Shown: in pieces, positions 52,060-62,880 of the stretch
How positions within the stretch are numbered: the stretch's first letter is position 1
How the letters are laid out: the number at the start of each line of letters is the position of its first letter
From: Bacteroidales bacterium
Lineage (GTDB): Bacteria > Bacteroidota > Bacteroidia > Bacteroidales > Paludibacteraceae
Direction: 5' to 3'
Length of the DNA stretch: 64,000 nucleotides
NCBI GenBank assembly: GCA_900769555.1
Contig: CAAGHA010000043.1
Span: forward strand, 30,175-94,174
Notes under the pieces: generated by a model
What the model was told of the DNA's origin: nothing
Databases searched by the model: none
What the model saw: the letters and a program-made list of their open reading frames with translations, nothing else
Translations under genes and position numbers: made by a program

Positions 52060-53376
52060 CTAATACATTCTCAAACGTTGACCAATATAAATATTGTCTG
52101 ATTTTAGTTTATTCCACTTCTTAATTGTTGCTACAGAAACTTTTCTTCTTTTTGCGATACCGGACAATGTATCTCCTTTTTTCACGATATAGACACCTTT
52201 TCCTATTGCACCTTTCCCAGCTCGGTAGTATGGATCAGCTTGTGCAGGTAATACCACAACCCTATTTACATTAAATGAATCTGCCTTATACTTTAAAATA
52301 GAATCTTTCAATGTGATAAAACCATCGACATGACCCGCCGGCAAGCAAAGAGAATAAGCTGTTCCATTACCTGGAATAATATCTTTTCTATACTGAGGAT
52401 TCAAACTTTGAAGGACAGCTAAATCAACACCAAGTACTTCAGAAACTTGTGATAGATGCAAACGATCACTCAACATGATTGTATCACATATCATCGGCAT
52501 TTCAATCTTGGCTGGACAAATACCATGCTCTTTATAATAAGTCATGGCATAAGTTGCCCCTATGAACGCAGGAACATACCCCCTAGTTTCTCTTGGTAAG
52601 TAAGGATAAATAGCCCAATAATCCTTCTTACCACCTGAACGACGAATGGCCTTATTAACATTTCCCGGACCACAATTATAGGCAGCTATCACCAACGACC
52701 AATCATTATAAATATTATGCAAATCTCTTAAATAACGAACCGCAGCATTTGTAGCCTTAATAGGATCTCTTCTCTCATCAATCAAACTATTTCCAACCAA
52801 ACCATAAACCTTTCCTGTTCCATACATAAATTGCCATAATCCTGATGCTCCCGCAACGGAATAGGCTTTAGGATTAAGCGCAGACTCAATAACCGGCAAA
52901 TACTTTAACTCAATAGGAAGTCCGGCAGCATCCAATGCTTGCTCAAAAATAGGAAAATAATAAGAGCCAACTCCAAGCATATACTCCATCTGCTTTCTCT
53001 TCTTAACCGTATAGAGTTCTATATAACTTTTAACAATCGGATTATAAACCAACTCCATAATAGCAGGTATTTTCTGCAATCTCTGAATATATTGAGTATC
53101 TGTCAACTGAGGCAAAATCGAATCTGACTTACAATCAGAAGGTAAAACAGAAGAATGAAAAACACTTAACAAGCCATCTAAATTTTTCCCAAAAGTAATC
53201 GGCATGCCATACTCCGTTAAGGAATCAGACTGAAGAGAAGTAGCAACGGAATCTAAACCTGCAACCAATGAATCACTTTCATACTCCTCAGAAGAATCAT
53301 CCTGAGCAAATAAATTAAATGCAAAACTAACAAAAATTAAAAGCAAAAAATAACGAAATCTAACTATCATCATCAC
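52060..53376 (-). CDS. mltD: Membrane-bound lytic murein transglycosylase D-like protein (SLT domain plus C-terminal LysM)
   Basis: The SLT core is ESALNPKAYSVAGASGLWQFMYGTGKVYGL...AAYNCGPGNVNKAI. The C-terminal LysM is YIVKKGDTLSGIAKRRKVSVATIKKWNKL...IYIGQRLRMY. It has a signal peptide. Confidence 0.85.
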   Translation of the reverse strand: MMMIVRFRYFLLLIFVSFAFNLFAQDDSSEEYESDSLVAGLDSVATSLQSDSLTEYGMPITFGKNLDGLLSVFHSSVLPSDCKSDSILPQLTDTQYIQRLQKIPAIMELVYNPIVKSYIELYTVKKRKQMEYMLGVGSYYFPIFEQALDAAGLPIELKYLPVIESALNPKAYSVAGASGLWQFMYGTGKVYGLVGNSLIDERRDPIKATNAAVRYLRDLHNIYNDWSLVIAAYNCGPGNVNKAIRRSGGKKDYWAIYPYLPRETRGYVPAFIGATYAMTYYKEHGICPAKIEMPMICDTIMLSDRLHLSQVSEVLGVDLAVLQSLNPQYRKDIIPGNGTAYSLCLPAGHVDGFITLKDSILKYKADSFNVNRVVVLPAQADPYYRAGKGAIGKGVYIVKKGDTLSGIAKRRKVSVATIKKWNKLKSDNIYIGQRLRMY

Positions 53377-54137
53377 TTAAATTTTAAACAACATTGTACT
53401 CCGACAGAAGGACGGTAACTTGTAATCGAATAATTCTCAAGAACCGGTTCTATGCGAAACGACAGGTCTTCTGATACCTCAAAATCATACAAATGAGCAT
53501 CAACAAATGCATCTATCACACTTACAACATATAACGCAACACTTCCAAAAATACACAAATCACGTCCCCTTCTATATCCTGTTGTTTTTGTTTTAAACTG
53601 TTTAGTGAATTTATCTTTCTCCTCTGGATTGTATTTAGGAACTAAATCTAAAAAACTATTGGTATTGGGATCTGAATCTGTAATATCAAAATAGGCATTA
53701 CGATAATCGTTATACATACGACCATTCCAACCGATAAAGTAAGCAAATGTCAAGACTCCGCCATAAACAATAGGTAGTTTCCAATAACTTCTATTATAAA
53801 TCTGACCCAAACCCGGGCAAACAATTGCATACCATGTAGCCTTGCGTGGATTGGGTAAAAATGGTTCTGATAATCGAGCCTTACGCTTATCTCTTCGACT
53901 CAAAGTGAGACGATTATCAAAGTCTTCTCCAACCAACTTATCATTCGTAAATACCGTATCCACCACTACCGACATAACAACAGAATCCGAAGCCAAGTTC
54001 GACTCTTCAGCAGTCGCAACCGAAACCTCCTGAACAAAAGAAACTGAATCGCTCAAATTTACTTGGTTGGCAAACGTCTCAAATGAAAAGGTGGATAGAA
54101 ACAATAAAAACAATATTTTCAGACCTTTTTTCAACAC
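53373..54137 (-). CDS. DUF5683 domain protein (conserved parB-downstream gene in Bacteroidota)
   Basis: It has a signal peptide. WYAIVCPGLGQIYNRSYWKLPIVYGGV is the DUF5683 signature. The 4-bp ATGA overlap with mltD is consistent with the known parA-parB-DUF5683-mltD synteny. Confidence 0.6.
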   Translation of the reverse strand: MLKKGLKILFLLFLSTFSFETFANQVNLSDSVSFVQEVSVATAEESNLASDSVVMSVVVDTVFTNDKLVGEDFDNRLTLSRRDKRKARLSEPFLPNPRKATWYAIVCPGLGQIYNRSYWKLPIVYGGVLTFAYFIGWNGRMYNDYRNAYFDITDSDPNTNSFLDLVPKYNPEEKDKFTKQFKTKTTGYRRGRDLCIFGSVALYVVSVIDAFVDAHLYDFEVSEDLSFRIEPVLENYSITSYRPSVGVQCCLKFK

Positions 54138-54139
54138 CT

Positions 54140-55024
54140 CTATTGATTTTGGATCGAATCAAAAAACTCGAGAATTTTCAAAAACTCATCATCATTTTTG
54201 AACGAAATTGTGATTTTGCCTTTTCCTTTCGCATCACAAGAAAGATCCACTTTTGAAGAAAACAACTCAGACAATTTTGTTTTTAACTCTGAATATTCCT
54301 CCTTTAAATCGGCTTGAGAACTTTTTATCTTAGGCTTTTTCTCAACCCCAAGATTGCGCACCAACTCCTCTACCTTACGAACAGACAAACCTTCTGAAAT
54401 AATTTGAGAAAATATATTCAATTGTGCAACAGGATCATCAACTCCCACCAACGCACGAGCATGCCCCATGTCAATCTTCTTATCCTTAATCGCCATCTGA
54501 ATCTCGGCCGGTAAACGAAGCAAACGCAAATAATTAGTAACGGTAGCTCGTTTTTTCCCGATACGCTCACTCAATTGTTCTTGCGTATAGTTACACTTCT
54601 GCATCAAATTTTGACAAGAAAGAGCAATTTCAATCGCATTCAAATCTTCGCGCTGAATATTCTCTACCAATGCCATCTCCATCATCAACTCATCATTCAC
54701 CTCGCGAACATAAGCTGGAATCGTTGCTTTATTAGCCAATTTTGAAGCTCTAAAACGACGCTCACCGGCAATAATCATATATTTACCGTTTGCTAATTTC
54801 TTTAATGAAATAGGTTGAATTACTCCAACTTGACGAATAGACTCTGCCAACTCTTCCAATGATTCTTCATCAAAATCCCTTCGGGGTTGATCTAAATTTG
54901 CTTCAATTTCCTCAATAGAAATTTCATTGATAGAACTCGCTCCATCAAGAGTTATATCTTCATCACCACCGGACAACAATGCACCCAATCCTCGACCTAA
55001 GCCGCCACTTTTTTTCACTGCCAT
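54140..55024 (-). CDS. parB: ParB/Spo0J chromosome-partitioning protein
   Basis: The ParB box II region is IQPISLKKLANGKYMIIAGERRFRASKLA. The HTH motif is EQLSERIGKKRATVTNYLRLLRLP. Confidence 0.9.
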   Translation of the reverse strand: MAVKKSGGLGRGLGALLSGGDEDITLDGASSINEISIEEIEANLDQPRRDFDEESLEELAESIRQVGVIQPISLKKLANGKYMIIAGERRFRASKLANKATIPAYVREVNDELMMEMALVENIQREDLNAIEIALSCQNLMQKCNYTQEQLSERIGKKRATVTNYLRLLRLPAEIQMAIKDKKIDMGHARALVGVDDPVAQLNIFSQIISEGLSVRKVEELVRNLGVEKKPKIKSSQADLKEEYSELKTKLSELFSSKVDLSCDAKGKGKITISFKNDDEFLKILEFFDSIQNQ

Positions 55025-55038
55025 CTTTATGCTTCTAT

Positions 55039-55812
55039 TTAATTTTCGACTTCATTTTTATCCAAAAACTCCTTTGCCAATTGCATATAACAAAGAGCAC
55101 CTTTTGATTCTGCATCATACATAACAACCGGAAGGTGAAAACTTGGAGCTTCACTCAATTTAATATTGCGTTGTATAATTGTTTCAAACACCATATCCTT
55201 AAAGTTTGAACGAACGTCTTCTACCACTTGATTATTCAAACGTGTTCTAGAATCGTACATCGTTAATAAAAATCCTTCTATTTCCAACGATGGATTTAAC
55301 TTACTCTTTACCAACTTTATTGTACTCAACAATTGAGCAATTCCTTCCAATGCATAATATTCACACTGAACAGGAATAATCGTTGAATCTGTTGCAGTTA
55401 AAGCATTCAATGTAATAAGTCCTAACGACGGTGAACAATCTATGAGTATATAATCATATTCATCTCGCAATTGTTCTAACACATTCTTCATAAACATCTC
55501 TCGATTCTCCAACTCAACCATCTCAACTTCTGCACCAACCAAGTTTACATGAGAAGGAATTACCTTCAAATTTTCTAAATCGGTGTCACATATAGCTTCA
55601 TGTGGATCAATATCTCCTACCAAACACTCATAGATCGTATTCTTTACCTTACGAACATCAATACCCAATCCGGATGAGGCATTTGCCTGCGGATCTGCAT
55701 CTACTATAAGCACTTTTTTTTCTAAGACAGCCAATGAAGCTGCAAGATTTACGGTAGTAGTAGTCTTTCCTACTCCACCTTTCTGATTTGCTATTGATAC
55801 AATCTTTCCCAT
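55039..55812 (-). CDS. parA: ParA/Soj chromosome-partitioning ATPase
   Basis: The deviant Walker A motif is KIVSIANQKGGVGKTTTTVNLAASLA. The 257-aa length is typical of Soj. Confidence 0.9.
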   Translation of the reverse strand: MGKIVSIANQKGGVGKTTTTVNLAASLAVLEKKVLIVDADPQANASSGLGIDVRKVKNTIYECLVGDIDPHEAICDTDLENLKVIPSHVNLVGAEVEMVELENREMFMKNVLEQLRDEYDYILIDCSPSLGLITLNALTATDSTIIPVQCEYYALEGIAQLLSTIKLVKSKLNPSLEIEGFLLTMYDSRTRLNNQVVEDVRSNFKDMVFETIIQRNIKLSEAPSFHLPVVMYDAESKGALCYMQLAKEFLDKNEVEN

Positions 55813-56084
55813 AAAGACATAATTTTTATCACCCTACAAATATAAGTATTTTTTTACATCAATGAAAATCTATGTTGATTATATCCCTTAAATATCTTAA
55901 ATAAATAACTGAATGACACTAAGATAGAAAGTTTTTAATAATTTATTAACAACCATCAGAAACTATTGTTGAGTTCTAAGTCAATATAAAGCTTATACTT
56001 CAACTAAATTCATTGATTAAAGTAAATTTAGAATAATTTCTCAAATAATTTATCGAACTGTAGTTAAAACAAAGCAGTTTTTAT

Positions 56085-56092
56085 TAAATTTG
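56085..56092 (+). promoter_or_regulatory. Bacteroidetes -7 promoter element TAAATTTG upstream of valS
   Basis: The -7 consensus TAnnTTTG is matched exactly. It lies about 40 nt upstream of the MEELANKY start and inside the ORF-track's over-extended N-terminus. Confidence 0.4.
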
Positions 56093-56131
56093 CGGATAAT
56101 TTATAAAAAAAACTATAACGCATTATATTTC

Positions 56132-58801
56132 ATGGAAGAATTAGCAAATAAGTACAACCCGACAGAGGTTGAGTCTAAGTGGTATGAGTATTGGTTAAAA
56201 AATGGATTTTTCAAGTCTAAACCAGATGGACGTGAACCTTATACCGTCGTCATTCCGCCACCAAATGTTACTGGTGTTCTTCACATGGGACATATGCTTA
56301 ACAATACAATCCAAGACATTTTGGTGCGTCGTGCTCGAATGATGGGCAAAAATGCTTGTTGGGTTCCGGGTACAGACCATGCGTCAATCGCTACAGAAGC
56401 AAAGGTGGTTAATAAATTGGCACAAGAGGGGATTAAAAAGAGTGATTTGACTCGTGAGCAATTTTTGGAACATGCTTGGGAATGGACGCATAAACATGGT
56501 GGTATCATTTTGGAGCAATTAAAGAAATTGGGGGCTTCTTGTGATTGGGATCGCACCGGTTTCACTATGGATAAAACTCGTAGCGAAAGTGTTATTAAAG
56601 TTTTTTGTGATTTATACAAAAAAGGACTTATATACAGAGGTGTAAGAATGGTCAATTGGGATCCTCAAGCGCTTACAGCTCTTTCAGACGAGGAGGTTAT
56701 TTACAAAGAGGAAAATAGCAAATTATTTTACTTAAAATATTACGTAGTTGATGATTCTTCTGAACCGGGTAAAGAGGGGGAAGTTATACACGAAGATGCC
56801 AAAGGTCGTTATGCCGTAGTTGCTACTACTCGTCCTGAAACAATTATGGGAGACACTGCAATGTGCATCAACCCTAATGACCCTAAAAATCAATGGCTAA
56901 AAGGAAAAAAGGTTATTGTTCCTATCGTAAATCGCGTTATTCCGGTCATTGAAGATGATTATGTTGATGTCGAATTTGGTACCGGTTGCTTGAAAGTAAC
57001 ACCTGCTCACGACGTGAATGACTATATGTTGGGAGAAAAATATAACCTTCAAACTATAGATATTTTCAATGACAATGGAACTCTTAGCGAAGCTGCTGGT
57101 ATTTACATCGGGAAAGATCGTTTTGAGGTTCGAAAAGAGATTGAAAAAGATTTGCAAGATGCGAACTTATTGGAAAAAGTTGAAGCTTATACCAACAAAG
57201 TGGGATACTCTGAAAGAACTCACGTCGTAATCGAACCTAAATTATCTATGCAATGGTTCTTGAAAATGGAGCATTTGGCCAAAATAGCTCTTGAACCGGT
57301 TATGAAAGATGAACTAAAGTTCTACCCAGCTAAATATAAAAACACCTATCGTAATTGGTTGGAAAACATCAAAGATTGGTGCATTAGCCGTCAATTATGG
57401 TGGGGACACCGCATACCGGCTTACTTCTTACCTGAAGGTGGCTTTGTTGTGGCTGAGACTGAGGATGAAGCAGTGAAATTGGCGCAAGAAAAAAGTGGAA
57501 ATTCATCTCTTACCATAAATGACCTAAGACAAGATGAAGATTGCTTGGACACTTGGTTCTCTTCTTGGCTATGGCCTATTTCTTTATTTGATGGAATAAA
57601 CAATCCTGGTAATGAAGAGATTAAATATTACTACCCTACCAGCGTATTGGTTACCGGCCCGGATATTATCTTCTTCTGGGTTGCCAGAATGATTATGTCC
57701 GGCTACGAATATGAAGGAGATATGCCATTTAAAAATGTATATTTCACAGGTATTGTGCGAGATAAAATCGGACGTAAAATGTCTAAATCATTAGGTAACT
57801 CTCCTGATCCATTGGAACTTATCGAGAAATTTGGTGCCGATGGCGTTCGTATGGGAATGATGTTATCTGCTCCTGCAGGAAATGATATATTATTTGATGA
57901 AGCTCTTTGCGAACAAGGAAGAAACTTTAACAACAAAATTTGGAATGCATTCCGTTTGGTAAAAGGTTGGAGTGTAGACAAATCTTTAGAACAAAGCCAA
58001 TCTTCTAAAATTGCTACAGAGTGGTTCCAAGAACAACTAAATAAAACGATTGCAGAAATTAATGATTGCTTCGAAAAATATAGAATTAGTGAAGCATTAA
58101 TGGCTGTATATAAGTTATTCTGGGATGAGTTCTCTTCTTGGTATTTGGAGATGGTTAAACCAGCCTATCAACAACCGATAGACGAAAAGACATACAATCA
58201 AACATTAGATTTCTTCGAAACTCTATTGAAATTGTTGCATCCTTTCATGCCGTTTATTACGGAAGAGTTGTACCAAAATATTAAAGAGCGTAGCGAAAAA
58301 GACAGCATAATGGTGAGCTTGCTTCCTACTGGAAAAGAAATTAAAGATATTTTGATTACCAAAATGGAAACAACTAAAAATATCATTGCCGGTATTCGTA
58401 ATATTCGCGCAGAAAAAGGTATTTCTCCACGCGAAACTTTTGATATGTTCTTCAAAGGTGATTTCGATGAATCCAACAATGCTGTTATCATGAAATTGGC
58501 AAATATCAATACGATTGCAGCATACAACGGAAACAATGACAATTGTGTTTCATTCATTGTGGGAACAACAGAAATTTCAATTCCATTGGGTAACAATATC
58601 AATGCAGAAGAAGAAATTGCTAAAATGGAGAACGAAATCAAATATTTAGAAGGTTTCTTAGTTTCTGTTGAGAAAAAATTGAGCAACGAAAAATTTGTTG
58701 CTAATGCAAAACCTGAAGTGGTTGAAAATGAGCGTAAAAAGAAGGCGGATGCAGAAAGTAAGATAGCGACATTGAAAGCAAATATCGCTTCGCTGAAATA
58801 G
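56132..58801 (+). CDS. valS: Valine--tRNA ligase
   Basis: The HIGH motif is [13 protein letters not shown] and the KMSKS motif is KMSKSLGN. The N-terminus [21 protein letters not shown] is the usual ValRS start, while the track's ATG at 56090 is probably upstream of the true start. It has a C-terminal coiled-coil tRNA-binding arm. Confidence 0.93.
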   Translation: MEELANKYNPTEVESKWYEYWLKNGFFKSKPDGREPYTVVIPPPNVTGVLHMGHMLNNTIQDILVRRARMMGKNACWVPGTDHASIATEAKVVNKLAQEGIKKSDLTREQFLEHAWEWTHKHGGIILEQLKKLGASCDWDRTGFTMDKTRSESVIKVFCDLYKKGLIYRGVRMVNWDPQALTALSDEEVIYKEENSKLFYLKYYVVDDSSEPGKEGEVIHEDAKGRYAVVATTRPETIMGDTAMCINPNDPKNQWLKGKKVIVPIVNRVIPVIEDDYVDVEFGTGCLKVTPAHDVNDYMLGEKYNLQTIDIFNDNGTLSEAAGIYIGKDRFEVRKEIEKDLQDANLLEKVEAYTNKVGYSERTHVVIEPKLSMQWFLKMEHLAKIALEPVMKDELKFYPAKYKNTYRNWLENIKDWCISRQLWWGHRIPAYFLPEGGFVVAETEDEAVKLAQEKSGNSSLTINDLRQDEDCLDTWFSSWLWPISLFDGINNPGNEEIKYYYPTSVLVTGPDIIFFWVARMIMSGYEYEGDMPFKNVYFTGIVRDKIGRKMSKSLGNSPDPLELIEKFGADGVRMGMMLSAPAGNDILFDEALCEQGRNFNNKIWNAFRLVKGWSVDKSLEQSQSSKIATEWFQEQLNKTIAEINDCFEKYRISEALMAVYKLFWDEFSSWYLEMVKPAYQQPIDEKTYNQTLDFFETLLKLLHPFMPFITEELYQNIKERSEKDSIMVSLLPTGKEIKDILITKMETTKNIIAGIRNIRAEKGISPRETFDMFFKGDFDESNNAVIMKLANINTIAAYNGNNDNCVSFIVGTTEISIPLGNNINAEEEIAKMENEIKYLEGFLVSVEKKLSNEKFVANAKPEVVENERKKKADAESKIATLKANIASLK

Positions 58802-58842
58802 ATTTCTTCAACCTTATTGAAAACATTACAAAACATAATAAA

Positions 58843-58880
58843 GAAGTGTGCAAATTAAATAATTCTTGTTTGCACACTTT
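58843..58880. terminator. Stem-loop between the convergent valS and radical-SAM genes
   Basis: agtgtgcaaa (58845–58854) pairs with tttgcacact (58869–58878) around a 14-nt loop. There is an A-run on plus and a T-run on minus. Confidence 0.45.
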
Positions 58881-59115
58881 CTTCAAAAAACATCCCCCAA
58901 TAATTAAGATAATTTCTATAAATTAAATTATTACAAATTTGAAAGATATTTGAGTTATTTTGTTTATATTTGAGTTGGAACGATGCGAGTTTAGTAACGG
59001 AACAAATGTAAGCAAGATAGTTTGAATAGATTCAAAAGTAACCGAAACTGAAAGAGAATCATAAAATAATAGACAAGAAATCTTAATTTATAGAAGAAGT
59101 TGTCTAAAGTTAAAC

Positions 59116-61212
59116 CTAGTTTTTCTTCCCTCTTCGTGTCAGAGCAATAGTTGGACTAAGATCATACTCACATTTCATCAGATAAAGTTCCGAATATGGT
59201 TCTATAATAGATTTTCTATTATTCTGATAGAACGAAATCAAACGTTGCACTTTCGTGTTCTCAAATTTACAATCTTCATCAAATCTATTCGTATGAATAA
59301 ACGATTCAACATAAGCCCATTCTTCAGAAGAAACAGAGTTTTTACACTCATTATAACATTTCCACCAAGCTTGGACAGAAATTTTGTCTAAACTATGGCC
59401 TAGTTTTTCTTTGGCTTTTGCAATACCTTCGTTAGTTCCTAACCATTCGAAAAAAAAGCGATAAATAATCATTGTCTCCGGCATCTCAAGTAACTTGTGA
59501 TACTCGTCAAGATTAGAGCCGAATGCCTTATGAAAGAATGAAGTTCCTTTGCCAATTTTACCTTTTGTGCTGTTGAGTATTGCTTGAATGGCACGAATAT
59601 ATTTTCTATTCCAATGTATCCCGATGTAATCACGATTATGAGAGTAATCTCCATCCATTTCGTCTGTTTTACGAATTGGATGGAATTTCATCGGGAATGA
59701 ATATATGCTTATATTCAGTTCATCACACAAATCAACGTTGATTTTTAAGCGTTTGTATAAATCATCGGGATAATCTTTGAAATTGTATAACAGATAGTTG
59801 GAAAAATCGCGCATTCCAGCATCCTTGCACATTCTGATAGCAGCGCAATATTTCTTTTCTGTACGAATATCATCAAAAGCGATACGCACAGGACGAATGG
59901 CAATCTGCCCCATTAAACGAGCCTTATCGGGTGTGAACAAACGGGCATCCAATCCTTGGTTGAAATCAACGATGCGAAGTTTGCCCAATCCTGGTTTGTG
60001 ATGCTTTTCGTAAATTGGTTTAATTTCTTCGTATGCTGCAATAAGACTTTCTTTCGTGGTTGTCAGATACTTGGTGATATGGTACTTTTCGCGAATGGTG
60101 TAAAATGTATAAGATTCCTCACCTTTGAGCGAATTGTATAATTCATCTATCAGATACCACGCTTTTCGGATATACGCTCTATCATTTACATTGCGTTGCA
60201 AATTCCTTATGGCTATTTCCAAAAGATTTGGTTGAATAAATTTCGCCCCCTTCTGAAAACCACAATCAATGATTTCTTGAATGATTTGCGGATAATATTC
60301 GGATGCCAACACGTTGTTATCCATCAGAAGCAAATCTTTCTGTTCACCGTACAAATCATTTATACGTTCAACACGCTCTTTCAATGGTATATAAGGCATA
60401 TAGTCGGGTTCGAGAGTTGGAACAGCACAGAATGCACACTTGTTCACACAGCCACGTGTTGTGTAACGATAGTAGGCGTTTGACATCGGATATTGATATC
60501 CAATCTCATCAAGAATTGAATAGTCAAGTTCCAACTCGTCAATCTTTTGCTCATCGCCTTTGTCGAGGTCGCCAGCACGAAGAATACCGATGTGGATGCC
60601 ACCAGCCTGACCTTTTTTGTGGATATGCAAACCAGTCGCCTCAGACAACTCTTTGGGCTGTATGGAAGCCAAAACGCCGCCAACCATCAGATTTTTCGGG
60701 TCTTTGACCAACTTCTTTGCAAATTCAATAGTTTCGATGGTTATGTCCCAATAAAAAGTGAAAAGAGTTGTTACGCCAACTCTATCCCATTCGGGTTCCT
60801 GTTCCCACGTCTTTTTCCAATACTTGTCTTTGGCTTCATTTATAAGTTCGAAAAGGACAATTTTTTTTACTGGTTTTTCGTCAACGGAAGTAGCTGGAAT
60901 CATCAAAGGCAACGAATCTAGCAATTCTGTTCGGCGAGTGCGGATATATTCAAACAGAACGTCTTTGTAGAAATGCCAATTATGGTTTGTACCATCGGCA
61001 TCGTTCATTTTTTCAATCAAATTGTCGGTGATGCGTTCGATGACAAACTTTTTTAGGTCGCCTTTGTAAAAGACAACCTCCCACTCATCACCATACAATT
61101 CTCCACGATTGCGGTAATAAGTTGCTATCTTCATTAATCCTACAGGAGGGAACTTGTTTGAGTAGTTCGGCTCAATTAAGAGTACCTTTTTCTTTTTTTT
61201 AGTTCTTGCCAT
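59116..61212 (-). CDS. B12-binding-domain-containing radical SAM protein (698 aa) with a C-terminal extension of about 200 aa
   Basis: The CxxxCxxC motif TTRGCVNKCAFCAV is encoded on the minus strand at about 60428–60455. The N-terminal region KVLLIEPNYSNKFPPVGLMKIATYYRNRG resembles the class-B rSAM cobalamin-binding domain. Confidence 0.7.
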   Translation of the reverse strand: MARTKKKKKVLLIEPNYSNKFPPVGLMKIATYYRNRGELYGDEWEVVFYKGDLKKFVIERITDNLIEKMNDADGTNHNWHFYKDVLFEYIRTRRTELLDSLPLMIPATSVDEKPVKKIVLFELINEAKDKYWKKTWEQEPEWDRVGVTTLFTFYWDITIETIEFAKKLVKDPKNLMVGGVLASIQPKELSEATGLHIHKKGQAGGIHIGILRAGDLDKGDEQKIDELELDYSILDEIGYQYPMSNAYYRYTTRGCVNKCAFCAVPTLEPDYMPYIPLKERVERINDLYGEQKDLLLMDNNVLASEYYPQIIQEIIDCGFQKGAKFIQPNLLEIAIRNLQRNVNDRAYIRKAWYLIDELYNSLKGEESYTFYTIREKYHITKYLTTTKESLIAAYEEIKPIYEKHHKPGLGKLRIVDFNQGLDARLFTPDKARLMGQIAIRPVRIAFDDIRTEKKYCAAIRMCKDAGMRDFSNYLLYNFKDYPDDLYKRLKINVDLCDELNISIYSFPMKFHPIRKTDEMDGDYSHNRDYIGIHWNRKYIRAIQAILNSTKGKIGKGTSFFHKAFGSNLDEYHKLLEMPETMIIYRFFFEWLGTNEGIAKAKEKLGHSLDKISVQAWWKCYNECKNSVSSEEWAYVESFIHTNRFDEDCKFENTKVQRLISFYQNNRKSIIEPYSELYLMKCEYDLSPTIALTRRGKKN

Positions 61213-61221
61213 TTGAGCCTG

Positions 61222-62874
61222 TTACTTCTTCAAATCATTTAATACTGATTCTTTGATGTTTTTGACGATTTGTTCGTACTTCTTGAGATAACGAGTATCA
61301 ATGATATTGAAAATCATCTTGACCATCGAAACCTCTTTGTCGTTGTATTTGCCCGACAATTCACTGATTTTCTCGTCCAGCGTTTTGGGCGGATTTACTG
61401 GTGTGCGAGGTGTTGATGGGACATTGCAGGTCGGATTGTTCTGATACTGCTCGAATTGCTTTTTGAAGCCTTCGGCTAAAGTCTGCATTGATTTTGTTTG
61501 GTTGTCATCGTTGCTTTTTGCAATGATTTTATTCAATGCGACCTGCGACTTTTGCTTTATTTCCTGTTGTTTGGCTAATTCAGTGGCTTTGCTTTCCGCT
61601 GGAATCTCATTCGATTCTTCAATTTTGCGGATTTCCTCATCTGCCTTACGAATATTTTCAAGTTGCTTGTTGGCTTTGTTGGCTTCCTGATATAGTTTTT
61701 CCAAATCGCTTCTGAAAAACTCTTCCAATTTGGCTTGGAACTTTTTCGCTACTGATGTCGGGGCTATGTCTGAACGGTCGGCGGTTGGCTTAATGTCTTG
61801 GTTTATGATAAAAACCTCACCATTGAAATACACGTGGCTGCGAGCCTGTTTGAAATACTTGTTCAAAACATTCTCATCGCCAACTTGAATGTTGTGACAA
61901 CGCAGACGGATGCTTCTTGTCAAAACATTTTCTTGTGTATAAGGGTCAATTGCCTTGATTTGTGTTCCAGCGGGTGTGTAGGCATACCAGCCCCACGCCA
62001 AATCACCCAACTGAGGGTCGGCAATGGAAAAGAATCTGATTTCGTTGATTGGTGCATTATCCTTTCTTATGCTTCCATCGTCATCAGTGTATTCGTGTTC
62101 TGTGCCTTTGAATTTTATCTCATATGGTTTTTCCAGTCCGACAATGTTGTTGATGGAAACTTTTACAGCATTCAGTTGGTTATAGTAGTTCAGATATTTG
62201 CTGTCATCTTTGGTGATGTTCTGTTTGATGAGGTTGTTGAAGAAAGTAGCCTCGTAAGGTATCGGGGCTACTTGCTTCAAGTAGGCGTTGATTTTGTCCT
62301 CGTCCAAAAGAACATCATGATAATCGGGCAGAATGTCTTTCAGCACAACTTTGAAATAGTGCTTTTGCGGTTCTTCGGCAATGTCGTTTCTAAATGTTGT
62401 AACCCTATGAATGACTTCCGATGCAGAACTGTTATCCTCATTATCTTCCAAAATCTCACGGATGTGGTTCATATCGAAAACCATTTCAGAAGCCACATTC
62501 TCACCTTGTGCAGATGTGAAGAACGAAAGTTGTTTGCAATAGCCGCCACCAACCAAACGACCTATACCATAGAAACCTGCCGCCGATTCTTTCTTCTTCT
62601 TTGAATGGGCAATGTATTTCAATGTCATTTCGGCTTCGTCTGCTTTTATGCCTGTGCCGTTATCCTCGATGGTGATGGTATGATGAAATTTGTCGATGTT
62701 GATAGAAACGTGACCATCTTTCTTTTCGATGAAGCCTAATTCTGAAGCCTCATTTATTGAATCACAGGCGTTTTGCAAATACTCACGGTATATTGTTTCT
62801 GCATCGGGATAAAGCGAGAACATCAACTGTTCAAGCAAGTCCTTTCCTACTAAATCTATTGTTTCTGCTGCCAT
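61222..62874 (-). CDS. Hsp90/MORC-like GHKL-family ATPase (550 aa) with a K/E-rich coiled-coil C-terminus; not housekeeping htpG
   Basis: LLEQLMFSLYPDAETIYREYLQNACDSINEA aligns with the Hsp90 N-box pattern LL.L.I.SLYS....FLRELISNASDA. The G1 box is ITIEDNGTGIKADE and the G2-like box is GFYGIGRLVGGGY. The gene sits 9 bp upstream of the rSAM gene and 6 bp downstream of the HerA-like gene. Confidence 0.65.
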   Translation of the reverse strand: MAAETIDLVGKDLLEQLMFSLYPDAETIYREYLQNACDSINEASELGFIEKKDGHVSINIDKFHHTITIEDNGTGIKADEAEMTLKYIAHSKKKKESAAGFYGIGRLVGGGYCKQLSFFTSAQGENVASEMVFDMNHIREILEDNEDNSSASEVIHRVTTFRNDIAEEPQKHYFKVVLKDILPDYHDVLLDEDKINAYLKQVAPIPYEATFFNNLIKQNITKDDSKYLNYYNQLNAVKVSINNIVGLEKPYEIKFKGTEHEYTDDDGSIRKDNAPINEIRFFSIADPQLGDLAWGWYAYTPAGTQIKAIDPYTQENVLTRSIRLRCHNIQVGDENVLNKYFKQARSHVYFNGEVFIINQDIKPTADRSDIAPTSVAKKFQAKLEEFFRSDLEKLYQEANKANKQLENIRKADEEIRKIEESNEIPAESKATELAKQQEIKQKSQVALNKIIAKSNDDNQTKSMQTLAEGFKKQFEQYQNNPTCNVPSTPRTPVNPPKTLDEKISELSGKYNDKEVSMVKMIFNIIDTRYLKKYEQIVKNIKESVLNDLKK

Positions 62875-62880
62875 AATTTT

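Noticed and set aside
56090-56131. Extended valS N-terminus [14 protein letters not shown] from the track start at 56090
   Set aside because: It overlaps a consensus -7 promoter box (TAAATTTG at 56085–56092). [10 protein letters not shown]... at 56132 matches the canonical ValRS N-terminus.
55813-56131. Possible oriC in the divergent parA/valS intergenic region
   Set aside because: The region is AT-rich, but I could not find DnaA boxes of the TTATCCACA type. The nearest is ttatcaccc with 3 mismatches. Proximity of parAB alone is insufficient.
61222-62874. Calling the GHKL gene the housekeeping chaperone htpG
   Set aside because: At 550 aa it is too short. It lacks a recognisable Hsp90 middle or C-terminal dimerisation region. 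It has foreign GC content and sits in a tight operon with HerA-like and rSAM genes.
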